Assembly (NCBI GenBank): GCA_030141605.1
Contig: JAQGDQ010000167.1
Span: forward strand, 1-64,000
Direction: 5' to 3'
Source: Tubiluchus corallicola
Lineage: Eukaryota > Animalia > Priapulida
DNA: 64,000 nucleotides
Shown here piece after piece: positions 12,301 through 27,030 of this stretch (its first letter is position 1; each line of letters starts with the position of its first letter). The notes below the pieces were generated by a model. It saw only the letters and a list, made by a program, of their open reading frames with translations. It searched no databases and had not been told where the DNA came from. Position numbers and translations under genes: made by a program.

Positions 12301-15300
12301 ATCACTTATAAATGTTTAAACAAATCACATGATTGGATAGCCGAGATTCTCCTAAATACCTAACTTATCACCATTTAATTATATCTGCACTAATACAGTA
12401 GCAGAAAAGTTGTAGTTCTTATAAGACTTATTGTAAATGTTGCAGTCTTGAAGGAGTTAAAGAATGTCCATCTTAACCTTTTTACTCGTAAGACTTCGGA
12501 TGATGATGTAAATTTTCTGCATACAAGATTTCATTAAAAATTTTCAATATTATTTAGCCGTTAATTCCTTACTTATTTGTTAATTAATTAATTGCCGTTA
12601 TCAAGAGGAGCTATTGTAAAGCAAGACTGAAATATTTCGTTTTCTAGTCATTATAAACTAGGTCAATATATATTTTTTATCGAATCTAGAATAAGTATAT
12701 ACTGTACAGTTTAGTGTATATAATGAAAAGAATAAAGTTGTTTAATAACTATTAGAGAAAACACTTATTTTAGATGTTCTTGTCGTTTCCTATTTGTTCG
12801 AAATTGTACAACATAGTAAAAAGTGCTACCCGAAGTTGTTTAAAAGCAACACTTATGCCGATCTGACGTTACCGTGACAACAACCAGTGGTCTATTACAA
12901 TAGACTAAAGCACCAGCAAACACTGTTCACAAAAAAACTTTAAAAATTCATCTTGAAATTTTATATTACTTATATGCCGTCTTATTGCATACAGTGAAAT
13001 TTTATATCATTGACATGGTGTCTTATTGCATGCAGAGCTGGGGTTAACAGTAACGCTATATAAAACTTGTAAATTTAAACTCCCTTGATGATAGTTAGGT
13101 GCAGCCATTTTAACAGTAAGTTGTTTGAGTCAAGTTTAGGTAAGATTACGCAAACCTTGAAAAAATAATCAGGGTGTTTGTTGCATACTCTCTGCTAACT
13201 AGGCAAAATTTTAATTTACTTTATATTGTCAGTAAGATCAATGTTTTGGTGATCTTTGGTATTTTTTGGTGAATCAGTGATGAATACTGGGATGATGATA
13301 GAATGCTGTTTTATCAGGTGGCTCGAATATTTTAAATTATTAAGAATTTTCTTTTCCAATTACGTAAATATTTCAAACAGGTAAGCGTAATGTTAAGTAA
13401 TGTAACTTTCTATGGAAAATTTTTGGGATTTATGTTAAAATTGCCTTTTCCCACTTTAACAAATCACTTGGAATTAGTTAAGGTATTTACTAACTGTTTT
13501 TTTTCAAATTTTAGAAATCAATGAATGCGGTTCTAATCCCTGTGAGAATAACGCAACTTGTGTAGATAATGTAAATGCTTATAAGTGTGAATGTCCTGAT
13601 GGCTTTACAGGAGAAGTTTGTGAGTTACAAGTAGGTAGGTTTCTAATTAATGAGCTGCTTTAATTTTAATTGTATAAGACAGTGTGTCTCTCAGTGTGGT
13701 ACGGATGTTCATTCATTTGCCAAAAGCTTGCCCCATGAGTTGCTTGACATGTAAAAGCTGATAAGTTTAGTGTTGTACAGAGAGGCATGTTATAGAGATT
13801 TTACCGTGGCAACTAAAATGTAAAATGCCATGTTTCAGTTACTTTAAAATTATTATCATAGCTAGGACTTTTTGATAAATCAACTAGTACAATAATGGTC
13901 AAAACAATTTACTCTTTAAAATATTGAAAGGAAACGTACTGTTTTTCAAAAAAGATGTGAAAGAATTGTTACCGCACTAACACAATTTCGTGTTCGCGCC
14001 TCTAGTTCTTCACTGTTACATGCATTTTACCATTCGCTAGTCAGACGGGTACAAGCGACTGCTTTTCGGAAATACGCTCGACAAAAAAGTGCTGTACCTC
14101 TGAGTTCATGTGTGTTAGTTTGTGACAAGCTGCACGCGCTTGACAGCTTATGCATGAGCAGAGCGGTAATTTTTAAATTTGAATTTTTATCTTAAAACGT
14201 GCCTGCACTGACTTAAATTTTCCCTTTTGCAAACATGTGCAACACGCTCACAGAATATTTTTGCTGTTGAAAATGTTGTTAGTTTGTGATGTAATTAATA
14301 GTTGGGCTCGCTTGTTGTCAATTAAGTTTTTAATCTATTATTAAATTATCAGAAACACTTTTGCGGTATTAATTATGTTAAAACGTATATTTTTTATCGG
14401 ATTTGAAAATGGGTAGTATATGGAAAATCATCTGGTCTTCCTTTAAGTCACTTTACGCTTCAAATTTCTAATTATTTTCTTTTTCAAAAATTTCATTCTA
14501 TCTCAGCAAGGTTTCATGTGAGTCAAAAAGGGTCTTTAGCAATGCTTTTTATTTTTAACTCGAACCCCGTTACTATGGTAATGACAGTAACCAGTGATGG
14601 CTCGTAATTAAAATTAGTGTGGTGCTGCTTCGGAAAGTTTTTAGCCATTGTTTTAATACTGTGTAAAGCGAAACAAACTTGTGATTTTAATCTTGTAATG
14701 TTAAAGCAAACAAACATACTGAAATTTATACATAAGCTTAATAAAATCCTAAGCACAAGATATTGTTTGTTTACGAACAGCTTAAATTGTCGCAGTTCAA
14801 GAATATGCCGGTAAACACATGCGACAACTGACAACACACACTAGGTGAAAGAGAGTACTTTTTCTACCTAGAGTGCAGCATCTTATCTCAGACATTGCTT
14901 GAGCTGTGAGCCCTTTGTGCTTGACTGTGAAAAGTACTACCCTCACGTGCTCTGGACCATACAAGTTTAAAGAAAGAACTTAAGAAAAAAAGACATTATT
15001 GAATATAATCGGTAATATTGAGTGAAAATAAGGGATGCTGCATTACCACAGTACCTATACACGAGCTGCCACTGACAGTAATCATAGACATGAACTGTAA
15101 AGTCAGCCTACCAGAAGATCACTCAGCCACCAACTGAAGCTCTGCTTAAAATTCAGAGCACCAGATGCGCACACTATATTCTTACTATTAACAATATAAT
15201 TTTTCAACAAGGTGCAGCACTTTCTCATCAGCCATAGGCTGTGAGCCTGTATAAGCCATGCATTGGCTTGGTGTGTGTTAAACTGTAAAAAAATAATGTT

Positions 15301-18300
15301 TTTGTAAATTTAGCCATTGATGTTTGTGCTTCTATGCCATGCTTGAATGGTGCAACGTGTGTCAATGGCGAGATGTCGTACACGTGTATCTGTTTAGAAA
15401 AATATGCAGGAAGAGATTGTGAAACAGGTAATCAGGTAATTATTTGCAAGATACTGGGACTAAGAAATGAGATAATGTAACATAGTATAACAAAATGGTT
15501 AACGGCCAAATGGACTCACAATTATTATATTGTTGAAAACAAACTTGATCTGAAAAAAGGAAATTTGGAAAAGTCGAGAATGAGTCTTGATTTTAAGCAA
15601 GGAGCTTATTTAGATTGAAAGTACAATGTAGTGACCACTAGAGGCCATGCAATTATTTATTTTTTGATAAGACAATATAAAATGAGAGTTTACTTTTCAC
15701 TTGGTTGATATGAAAGAAGCTTAAAAAAGTCGGGACTGAACCTGTATTGCAGTTTCAATACCATGACTTATGCTCATTAATATGCATTCCTTCAAAAAAC
15801 ATCTGATAGCATGCATACCATGTGCTATTTGCATTATGTACCGATTTGATTTCAAAAGGTGTGGGCTTCGTTCTCATGCTGCATTAATCAACCAGTTGCA
15901 TAAATCTGATTGATTAAAAATTGTTTTTGACTTTTATAGTTAGAAACAAAAGGCGTATTGTGGACGTGCTCAAACCAATATTAACAAAAATGGCATACGG
16001 CTAATACCTCGGAAAAGTGTTTAATGAACTATTTTAGACACTTTACGTGGTTTGCTTTAGCCTCTATAAAATGCCTAGGCATTCTACAGAATACCTGATT
16101 TCACATTTTGCCTGTAACATATACACAAGCTGGCCAAAGAGGGATTCAAACTTTTATAAAAAAAAACACAGGAAGCGTGAAAATTCAGTGCCTGATGTGT
16201 GTACTGTTCTCAAATATTTTAAGCTAATTATTGTAGTGAATTACGAGCAAACTGTAAGAGAATATGTACATGCAACATAATAGGAATTACTTGAAGCACT
16301 TTTCTGGATGATTGTGAGAAAATCGTATCATCAGCAAATCGTTTTTTGTTGTTTCAGAGAAGGTGTCTGGGTTATTTTTGGCAAGAGAACCCGATCTAGA
16401 TGCTTACATTGTTGGTGCAAACATTTCCTTTCTCTTATATTCTGAATATGTAGATGCTACTGTTGTTTTCTCGTGGAGCATGGGTGATCAGCATGTATTT
16501 ACCATTGATGATCAGCAATTCATACCTGTAAACCATTCTGAAGTAGCTGCTGAAAATGTTGCGAACTCAAACAGCACTATGGCATCTGTTGTGTTTGTGT
16601 ATCAGCATTCTTATTCGGAGCCGGGACTTTATGAAGTGATTGTTGTTGGCTCAGTGAATGATATGCAATTTTGGTCTGTATCAACGAGTGCATATGTAAT
16701 TGAACTGTCAGCTCGACTTGGCCCTGTTGCCGCAGCAGTTCCTGATTGCGACTTAGATGTGCGGATTAATGATGTTGGCTACAACGAAAGTGATGCACCA
16801 ACATTTGAATTGGGATTTGCTATTACAATAACATCATCAGTTTACGAAAATTGTGAGAACAAGGTCGATATCGGTTACGAGTGGGAAATGTTTCATTCAC
16901 ATCCGTCTACTGAAAATGCTGTGGTATTTCCAGAATTTGTTGTAACTGATGGCAGTGATGTAATAATACCAGCGAAATTTCTGCTCCCTGGTGCATACAT
17001 TATCTACCAGTCTGTCACTTTGACTTTTAGTACTGGCGAAACGAAACAAAGCACAGACCAGGTATGGCTTCTCATTAATTAATTTTTTTTAAAGGAAAGA
17101 ACAACTTACTCAGTATGTTAGGTTTGTTTTACTGTTATCATTTAACTTAGAATAATTTAACAAAGAAATTTTCAAAGAACTGTCTATAAAGCATAAATGT
17201 AAAATGTACTACTTCTGAATAGATATTTTTACGCATGATGGTTGCCGCTGTTCGCCTCAAAATGGTGACAAAACTGGAAGACTTTGCGACTTTTCGTGAT
17301 CGCTTCATGGCTTCCCGTGAGCGTGCACTGCTTAAACTACTTCAGACGTCTGCAGCTTACCTAACGTCCTTGCAAAAAGTCATTACAGAATTAGCTTTTT
17401 TGTAACTACTTTTAATGAAGATTGACAGTGCACTGCTTTTCTTCGAGGCGAATGACGTCATTGGAGGAAGAATGGGCATTGAAAATGGGAGTGCCCCCAA
17501 GCATGAAGTGATCGCGAATTTAAAATGAACTTACTAGTTACTTGAGGCACTTATTGCAATTTTATTACTAAATCTTTTTAACATTTTTCGCGAACGTTAA
17601 AATAAGGTTAACCTCCCAGATTTTCTTGGCCTTTCTTTAAATTTAAAAATTCATTTAGGAAAACGATTAGGTAGCCTTAGTCAAATATCTCAAAGTATAT
17701 GCATTAGCCTTGAATTTCAAGGTGTTTGGTATAGTTTCTGACTTGCTCAAAAAGCAAGTTTCTGCTGGTTCACTTAAGACTTAAGTTAAGCAGTGTTATA
17801 CAGAAACAGTTACTCATTTTTTGTCCAAGGTCAGAAATATTTCTAGATTCCTACTGGTTTTCCAGGGCTGGATTATGATCGAACATTCTGATTTGATTCC
17901 CGTAATAAGTGGCGGTCCTTTAAGGGCTGTTCATTGGGAATCTGATATTGTTATGGATGCTACTGAGTCTTACGATCCAGACATGCCAAGAGAACTTCTC
18001 CGGCGATGTAACTCCACTGCAGACACTTCTTCGTTTTGTGATGAAATGGTTGCCGATTTTTCGTAAGAATGATTGTAATTATTTAATTCTTCTAGCAATA
18101 TGCATTTTAATTTAGAATTTATTAGAGATATGTAGGCATACAGTTTTTGTTATATGAATGAATGTCTTTCTCGATTTTGATTAAGTAATAATAATAATAA
18201 TAGTAATAAAAATCGTTATCATCATCATCATCATCATTAATATGCAAAATCTTTAAACAGGATTGACCTGACTGAACACAGTGCTCATTTACAATAGAGT

Positions 18301-21300
18301 CCCAAGTTAAGAGGCAGCATGCAACAATAATCATAGATTACATCTAAACTTATACAAGAAATTGCTTAGATGATGTCTCAAGGCTTCGTAGCTTGAATAT
18401 TATTGATACATAAATTTACAGTTAACGCATATAGCTTAAATTGTATGATTTAACTTACTATACTTCAAGATATAAATGAAAAATTCATCTTGAAAGTGTT
18501 TCTTACGTGATTTCTAAATGCTTTGTCATTTGCACATTTGTTAGTTCTAAGTAATGGCAGTTTATAGTCGCCTCGGTGTTCTGATCGGTTATTATGATTA
18601 TGATCTGTTGGCAAAGTATCAGCAAATGAATGTGATGTGCAGATCTAATAAACTATTATTACTATGTTGGGATGTTCTTCAGCAATGTCCAGAATTGTTT
18701 AATAAGTTATTTCTTCAACAGTGTCCAAGAATGTCTAATAGCATATGTTCCTCAACAATCTCCTGAAGTGTCTAATAACATATGTTCTTCAACAAATGTA
18801 CAGGATTGTATAATAAGATATTTCTTCAACAATGTCCAAGAATGTCTACTAAGATATGTTCTTCAACAATGTCCAGGATTGCCAAATAAGATATGTTCTT
18901 CAACAATGTCCAAGATTGCCTAATAAGATTTGTTCTTCAACAATGTCCAAGATTGCCTAATAAGATATGTTCTTCTACAATGTCCAGGATTGTCTAATAA
19001 GATATGTTCTTCTACAATGTCCAGGATTGTCTACTAAGATATGTTCTTCAACAATGTCCAGGATTGTCTACTAAGATATGTTCTTCAACAATGTCCAGGA
19101 TTGTCTAATAAGATATGTTCTTCAACAATGTCCAGGATTGTCTACTAAGATATGTTCTTCTACAATGTCCAGGATTGTCTACTAAGATATGTTCTTCAAC
19201 AATGTCCAGGATTGTCTACTAAGATATGTTCTTCTACAATGTCCAGGATTGTCTAATAAGATATGTTCTTCAACAATGTCCAGGATTGTCTACTAAGATA
19301 TGTTCTTCAACAATGTCCAGGATTGTCTACTAAGATATGTTCTTCAACAATGTCCAGGATGGTCTAATAAGATATGTTCTTCAACAATGTCCAGAATTGT
19401 CTAATAAAATATTTCTTCAGCAATGTCCAGAATTGTCTAATAACATATGTTCCTCAACAATCTCCTGAAATGTCTAATAACATATGTTCTTCAACAAATG
19501 TCCAGGATTGTATAATAAGATATTTCTTCAACAATGTCCAGAATTGTCTAATAAGATATTTCTTAAATAATGTCCAAGAAAGTCTACTAAGATGTGTTCT
19601 TCAGCAATGTCCAGGATTGTCTAATAAGATATGTTCTTCTACAATGTCCAGGATTGTCTAATAAGATATGTTCTTCTACAATGTCCAGGATTGTCTAATA
19701 AGATATGTTCTTCAACAATGTCCAGGATTGTCTAATAAGATATGTTCTTCAACAATGTCCAGGATTGTCTAATAAGATATGTTCTTCTACAATGTCCAGG
19801 ATTGTCTAATAAGATATGTTCTTCAACAATGTCCAGGATTGTGTAATAAGATATGTTCTTCAACAATGTCCAGGATTGTCTAATAAGATATGTTCTTCTA
19901 CAATGTCCAGGATTGTCTAATAAGATATGTTCTTCAACAATGTCCAGGATTGTCTAATAAGATATGTTCTTCAACAATGTCCAGGATTACTTAATAAGAT
20001 ATGTTCTTCAACAATGTCGAGGATTGTGTAAATAAACTGAGATGTTCATTAATTGTAGACCTTCAATGTTTAAACTAAAAATACCATGCCTATTGTTATA
20101 AAAATTGTAACAGGTTATATGCATTTTAGACGAGTTATAAAATTGTAAAAATTTATCAAGCCGAAGCTGCATTGGATGTAAAGGAGCACAAAGGCTTTAA
20201 ACAGCATTTTTGTCTCCAAATCACTCCTTTTCAACTGCACCCCGTTTTTAGACTTATACATAAATTCTGACTAATAAGTAGGATACTGCAGTTTATAAAT
20301 GCAATCTGCTTCACCGTTATCTTTTGAAAAATTATTATATCATTTAATGTATTTCTTTTTTGAGTGTATGCTATAAAAGTTTATTTGGCATTCAAAACAC
20401 ACAGCTGATTGTTGGTACGATATTAGCTGTATTCTTTTTCTCTTAGTTTGAAAATTGCGTAAATCATTAGATGTTTTTGGGTTTTTCGTTTTTTAGGTAT
20501 ACGTGGTACTGTTACAAGGGAACAGGGGCCATGCCTGAAGCTAGTTCCACTGCTTTGGCATGTTATAGTAACTATACTGTTCAGCTGCCCTTTACAGGTA
20601 TGTGAAATTAATCTTCCGAAGGAGAAAGAATGATAAAGTAAAAGGGTAAGAGTAAGATAACAGTATAGACTGTTAATTGTCAAGCCCTGGACAATTCTTA
20701 GTTCAAGGAAAGATTAGTACCAAGATTGGTCTTGAATTGATCAGTTTTTTGGATATCAGTTTAACAGTTTTGTCTTTAGATCATATGTAACTTATTCATT
20801 GTATGTAAAGGAAATTTTGTAATGAAAGATGGTAATGCAGCAGCACTAATCCTAACTTAAGGAAGAACCAACTCTCGAACAACATTTATTGCCTCTTAAT
20901 ATACAATTTAAAATATTGAGATGTACGCACAATATATGTGCATAGAATGCCTTGCTTAAAAATGTAAAAGAGATTTAAACATTTTTTATCTCCCGCCAAA
21001 TGATCGTGGCTGCCAGCATATTTGAAAAAACGACGTAAGCTGGTGACTGCTATCCAGCATGAATGCTGTGAAGGCAAACTGTGATGAAGGTATGCATTGA
21101 GATACAACTTTCAGATACACATGTAAACCTGCGAGCATGCAATATATACCGGGTGGGTTGCTTAGTTTACAGAGTTTGCTCTATAAGTCAAAAAATGATT
21201 GCTTAAGCACTTGGCAGAATTACTGTTTATATTGCGCATTAACCAGATTATGCCATTTTTTACCAAAATGAGTGCGCCCAAGCGTGAAGTGATCGCAATT

Positions 21301-24300
21301 TTAAATTGAAATTATTAATTACACGAAGCGCTTATCATAGTTTAATTGCTGAAACTTTTCAACATTTTTCTCAAATATTAGAATAAGCTCAACTTCCCTT
21401 GACTTTTGCTTTAAAGGTTTGCCTACTGAACAAACATTTTCTGAAAATGTTAATTGGTTTGTAGGTTTACCAAAAACAAAAACACAAAAGCAGTGCTTGT
21501 TCTTGCTGAGCCACCCAAACAGTAAAACTTTATTTAGACTTAACTAAATTCTCTATATTATTGGTGAGAATGTTGGGTTATAGAACTAAAAGTTTGCAGA
21601 TCAAACCCAGGCTGAATTCCAATAATTTCCTATTTATTTATGTTTGAAAAATTTGTAAAGTTTTACATAGCTAAGTTTCCTTTCCTCAAATAATTTGTAA
21701 ATTTCTGATTATGTTTTATAAGAAAAACGCAAGCAAATGGATTTACTAAACAGACATCTGGGTTTCAAATCTGGTTTTCTATGTGAAAACTTTAACACAG
21801 TTCACTGAGCCCAACTTCTTATGTTTGTTTCAGAGGCGTCTTTCACAATTCCTGAGAAGAGTTTAACGTTGTTTTCAACTTTGACTTTTGTTCTCTTTTT
21901 TGGAAAGGCAAACCGGACTGTCCAGTCTACAAAACAAATTATAAATACTTACCTTGGAGACAGACCTGTTATTAAAATAAGGTAACATTCAAATAAACTG
22001 GTCATTTTTCTGTTTCAGCATGTTTGTTATTTAATTAATTTTTCGCAAAAAATATGGATTCTAATTTAATTGGATACAATAGTAGTATTGGTAGAATACT
22101 CAGGACATTTTTGAATATTTCAGTTTGTTTAGAATAAGGGAAAGGAGATAGTAAAACAGCTGCCAGAATTTTGGATGATATGGGCTCTGACAAACTGCTA
22201 TGTTTCTGATAATCGAGTATTAGTTTAATTCAACAAATTTTAGAGTTTCTTCATAACAAAAGTCACTGATGGAGTATAAAATTTATTCCTTTATCTATTC
22301 ATTAGTGCGACCATATCAGCCAGTTTGTAGTATTTCTACTATGTACAATATATGTATGCATTCTGAAATGCCTTCAAGCTTGTACTTATATATGCGTGCT
22401 TGTATTAATAAAAATTTACAAGTGATTCAATTAGCCTTTTCACAGTTTCAGTGATTGATGACGATCGTGAAAACGTCAAAAGTTAAGTGAACCACGCAAT
22501 ATATTTTTGTACACTTTGCATCGCCTTTTGTGTTAGTAAAATTTTTTTCAGCTAGGTAGAACCTTAGCTAGTTCAATTTTTTTTTGCTCACAAGCAAGAT
22601 CCTGCTAGTAAATCACTCTATACACAGATTAATACATAATTAAGTAATGTCCACATAAAACAATTGAAGTTACTGAACTGATGCAGTAGACGGCTTCGCT
22701 TTACCCACATGTCATGTGACGGTTGCAGTTAAGATGCTTTGCTGTTGTACACTTAACCTTTGACCTACAGCAACTGCACATGTTCACAACGAAACTGTGA
22801 AAAGGCTTATTGCAAAAGTTAGTTAACGTATTCTGGCTAAGCAGAGGCCTAAGTTCAAACCCCAGCAGAGGTTGACTTTTTGAACAACTTTCAGTGCAAA
22901 AATTAAGTTGAAAACAATTTGGTCATGCAAACAATACAAAATTTCACGTTTCATTTAGGTGCTTAAAGAACTGTGAAGCAAAAGCCAACCATGAGGAAAA
23001 TCTTGTTCTGCAGGCCGAATGTACAAGCTGTGGAGAAACCTCTCTGCATTATGTTTGGTCGGTCAAGACTAGTAATGACCACTTATTTGACATTGCTTCG
23101 ATGTCATCGTTTTGTTCAGAGACTGATATCTTCCTGATAAAGAAAAATGCATTTGAAGAAGGAGAAAATTACACAGTTGAAGCGAAAGGTAATAACTGTA
23201 AGCAGTGTTTTGTACATGTTACACGATGCATGAGCAAAATGCAAGAATGACTGTTTTTCAAAACATGAACAGAATGAACGATTTTCCATAATAATATCTG
23301 AGACAAAGATGAAGGAAACATTGGAAGATAAAGGAGCTAACAGAGTTTATTAACAATTTATTACCTGTTTGTTTTTATTTATTTAAGTAGATTAAGGTAG
23401 ATATTTCGAAAGTAGATGTAGATACTGTAGATATCTGTAGAAGCTGAGGAAAATAAATTAAAGGTAGGTGAGAAAAAGGTAGTTGTTCCAAACACTGACT
23501 GTAAGATTGGTAAGAATGGGCCAGACACTTGTATAGGATGATTTGCCAGTTTGTTCATGTTTCTGTTTTCTGTTTTATGTGATCCATGTATGTGATGATA
23601 TCAATGTCAGTAGTTTTTCTGCTTATTTCTTTCAAAATTTTCATAAACATTGTCATGTGTCGGGCTGAAACCTGACTTGCTAGCCTAAGTACATGTGTGG
23701 AGAGTAAAATTAAGTCACCAGTGAACTGTTATTGCACCTGCTGTTCGTGACGAAGGCATTAAAGTATATTCTAGTTTATGCAAACCTGATATCGCGAGAA
23801 CAGTAGTTTAGAGATTTAAAAGCAACTAAAGTAAATTCTTTACCACTGAAGTGTACAGTTGCCTGAGCTGATATTTGAACTAATTTGTAAAATGTTCTGC
23901 AGCATAATCAGGGCAGGATTATTCTATAGACTAGTATAGACTGTGGCACAGGGCCGTTCAGGCTTGGGGCCCTCAAGAGGGCTGGATTATCCTATACACT
24001 AGTATAGGCTACAATGCTGGAAACTTGGGACCCTCAAGCTTTGGTGAAAAGTCTGTTTTTTTACTATAGTTGTGTTGAAATACGTGTTAATTTGTTTTGC
24101 AACAAATAGTAAAATAGTAGTTTTTCTTAAACAATATTTTTATTGACAAACAAAAGATAGTAATTCTAGTTTATTTAAAGAATTTGCTAGTTCACTTCAA
24201 GCTACGTAAATGTCGCGAAAATATATCATGTATGAAAAACATTTAAGTGTCAAGAGTTAGAGGGTGACTCCGTCACAGGGGGCTCCATAATTTCATTAGT

Positions 24301-26949
24301 CTGTGCCTGCTTATAATGTATGTAATTTATTGTATACTCACTATGGCATTTTACTACTACTGGTACTACTTATTTATACTAATATCAGATACATTGTCAT
24401 GTCATTAATGCTGTTTTGTTTAGGTCATCTGAAAAGTGGTGGTTTTGGAATGGCTACACACGAGCTTTATGTTAATGAGCGGCCTGTGCCGGCAAATTGT
24501 ACTGTTATGCCGGTTAAAGGTAAGTCTTTATCACATATGCTCAACATTAGCCATGACATGTCCTGTGCAGTTTTAAATTCTGCATCTTCTTGAAAGATAT
24601 ACTAAAATTTGAATATCTAAGAAGTTTTTGCACCTCTTCTGTTTATTTGGAACAATTGGCAGCTTACAATCTTGAGTTTTGACCATCGTGCATATTTCTG
24701 CTAATAAAAGCTCTTTTTTCTACATCTATTAAGGCATTGCTGTGGTTACCGAATTTTCTGTTGACTGTGAGAATTATATTGATGAAGACGTTCCATTAAC
24801 ATATGAATTTCACTACACAAGGGGCAACGAACTGAAACATGGTATGTATTATTTATCTAAATGTGCAATATATTGCTTATTATTAGTAAATTTAAGGGTA
24901 TTGTTGTTGTTATTATTATTATTATTTTTTTTTTAAGGGTATCGAAGTCCAATTAAATACTGATCGATATTCTTATCAGTTTAAAATTTATCTTACTCAT
25001 CTGACAATGTCTGACTCTAGTATTCATCTTTTATTAATGTATTGTTTACCATGGCAACAGTATTTGTAAAGTGCATTACTTCACTTAAGCGGTTCAGTTA
25101 TGAAATTGTTAATAATTGACAGAGCAGCATTTCAAGTTGTTTCCTTTCTTCTTTCTAAATAGAAAAATGTTTAGCTGCACTATAGCAAATAAAGATAAAA
25201 TCATTTTAGTTTGCAGGGTTTTGTAATTTGTCATATTGTATCAATGGTGTGTCAGCTAAAAATAAGCTCAGGTTAACAGTTTGGCTGTGGTTATCCAACA
25301 TTTTAGGATTATAATAATCATACCTCCGTTGTCAAACGTCCCCGTACTCGTACAAAACGGTTTTCGACCAGAAAATTCGAGCTGAAATTGTCTGAAAATG
25401 CATGCACGGCGAACCGAGTAGAGCCGAGTGTAACCGACCACGCCCGAGAGTAGTCACGCATAACATTTGAATCGCCTAACATCGCTAAGTGCTTTCTCCA
25501 CTTCTTTTTTATGGGTTTTTTCGTGCATGAATAATTATGTTTTTCTTTGTGAGTAATTCTATTAAGTTTTTCTTATTAATTATATCATATTGACTGTTTG
25601 AATAAACATTTTTGCATTATTTTATTTCGTTTTAGTAATACTTTACAGTTCATTTGGTGCTTGAGAACAGATTATTTGTTCCACACTTTTACATTATTTC
25701 TTATGGAAATCAGTACTCAACCAAATCGGTTTTCAAACACTCTTTAGGAACGAATTGTAGTCGAAAACAGTGGTACTACTGTATATTAAAGGAAAGGATA
25801 AGTCACTTAAACTTAGAAAAATGTAACAAATAAATTTTTAAAAAGCTGTCTACATATCGTAAAGTTAATTTATGCTATCACTGTATAGAAATTTTCGAGT
25901 GTAGTGGTAGTCGTCATTCACTTGAAAATTACAACGTAATTGTTGGACTTCGTGACTTTTTATAAGCGCAAGATGGCTTTCCGTAAACACGCAAATGCTT
26001 AAATTCACTCAAACATCTGCAGCTTATCTAATATTCATGCAAAAATATCGCAATATTAGCTATCTATTTTTTTTGCAAAAACTTATACTTTTTACGGAAA
26101 TTGACGGTGCACTACTTTCCTTCAGTCAATGAACGACATCATTGGTAAAAGAGTGGAAGTAGAAAATGGGAGCGCCCAAATGTGAAAAGATTGTGACTTT
26201 AAGCTTTCTTCACTTAATTATACTAGGAGCTTATCATGCTGTTATTACTAAATTCTTCGATTGTTTTTTGTGAACTTGAAATAAGCTTTTTATACAGACA
26301 CTGCATTGTACATGTATAAGCAATAAACTCATAGAGAAGTCTCGGCTTTTCCTGTAATTACACTGAGATTAAGATACAAAGAATGCTTATCTAAATTTAT
26401 GACAATCTGTTTCAGAGACATTATTACACTACGGTTCTGAGCCTAAACTTCCACCTACTCTCCTATCTCCTGGCTTGGCAGAGAGGAATTATACAGCAGA
26501 ATTAGTGCTTATGGTGTCGGATTCATATAAATCAGCTACTTGGTCGAAATTTAATGTCACGGTAAACACTCTGGTTTATACTAGTTACATTTAAGTCTGA
26601 TTATTCTTTATGTTCTGCATAAGTATGTTGCATAATTTTTATATAACAAATTTCTTATTTATTTGTAGATTTAATCAGTTTTGTTAATGTATAATTTGTA
26701 TGTAAACAACATCAGGCTTTCGGTTTGTCTCCATTTGCATTAGTTATGCTGCATTTCCTCTGCCACAGAGAGATAGTAAAAATTAGCCTGTTTTCATGTG
26801 CAACAATTTTATAATTAAAACTAGCTGATTTAGTTTTAATTATTAATTAGATGTAGTTCTATGAAGCTCGTATTTCGAATCAACGATAACACTTTAACGA
26901 ACATATACTGAGATATGCACGGTAAAGTTTTTGAACCACAAACAGTGGC

Positions 26950-27030
<81 letters not shown>

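Noticed and set aside
18672-20030. 37-bp repeat array as a CRISPR array
   Set aside because: Units are head-to-tail with no unique spacers, no cas genes are present, and the array lies in a spliceosomal intron.
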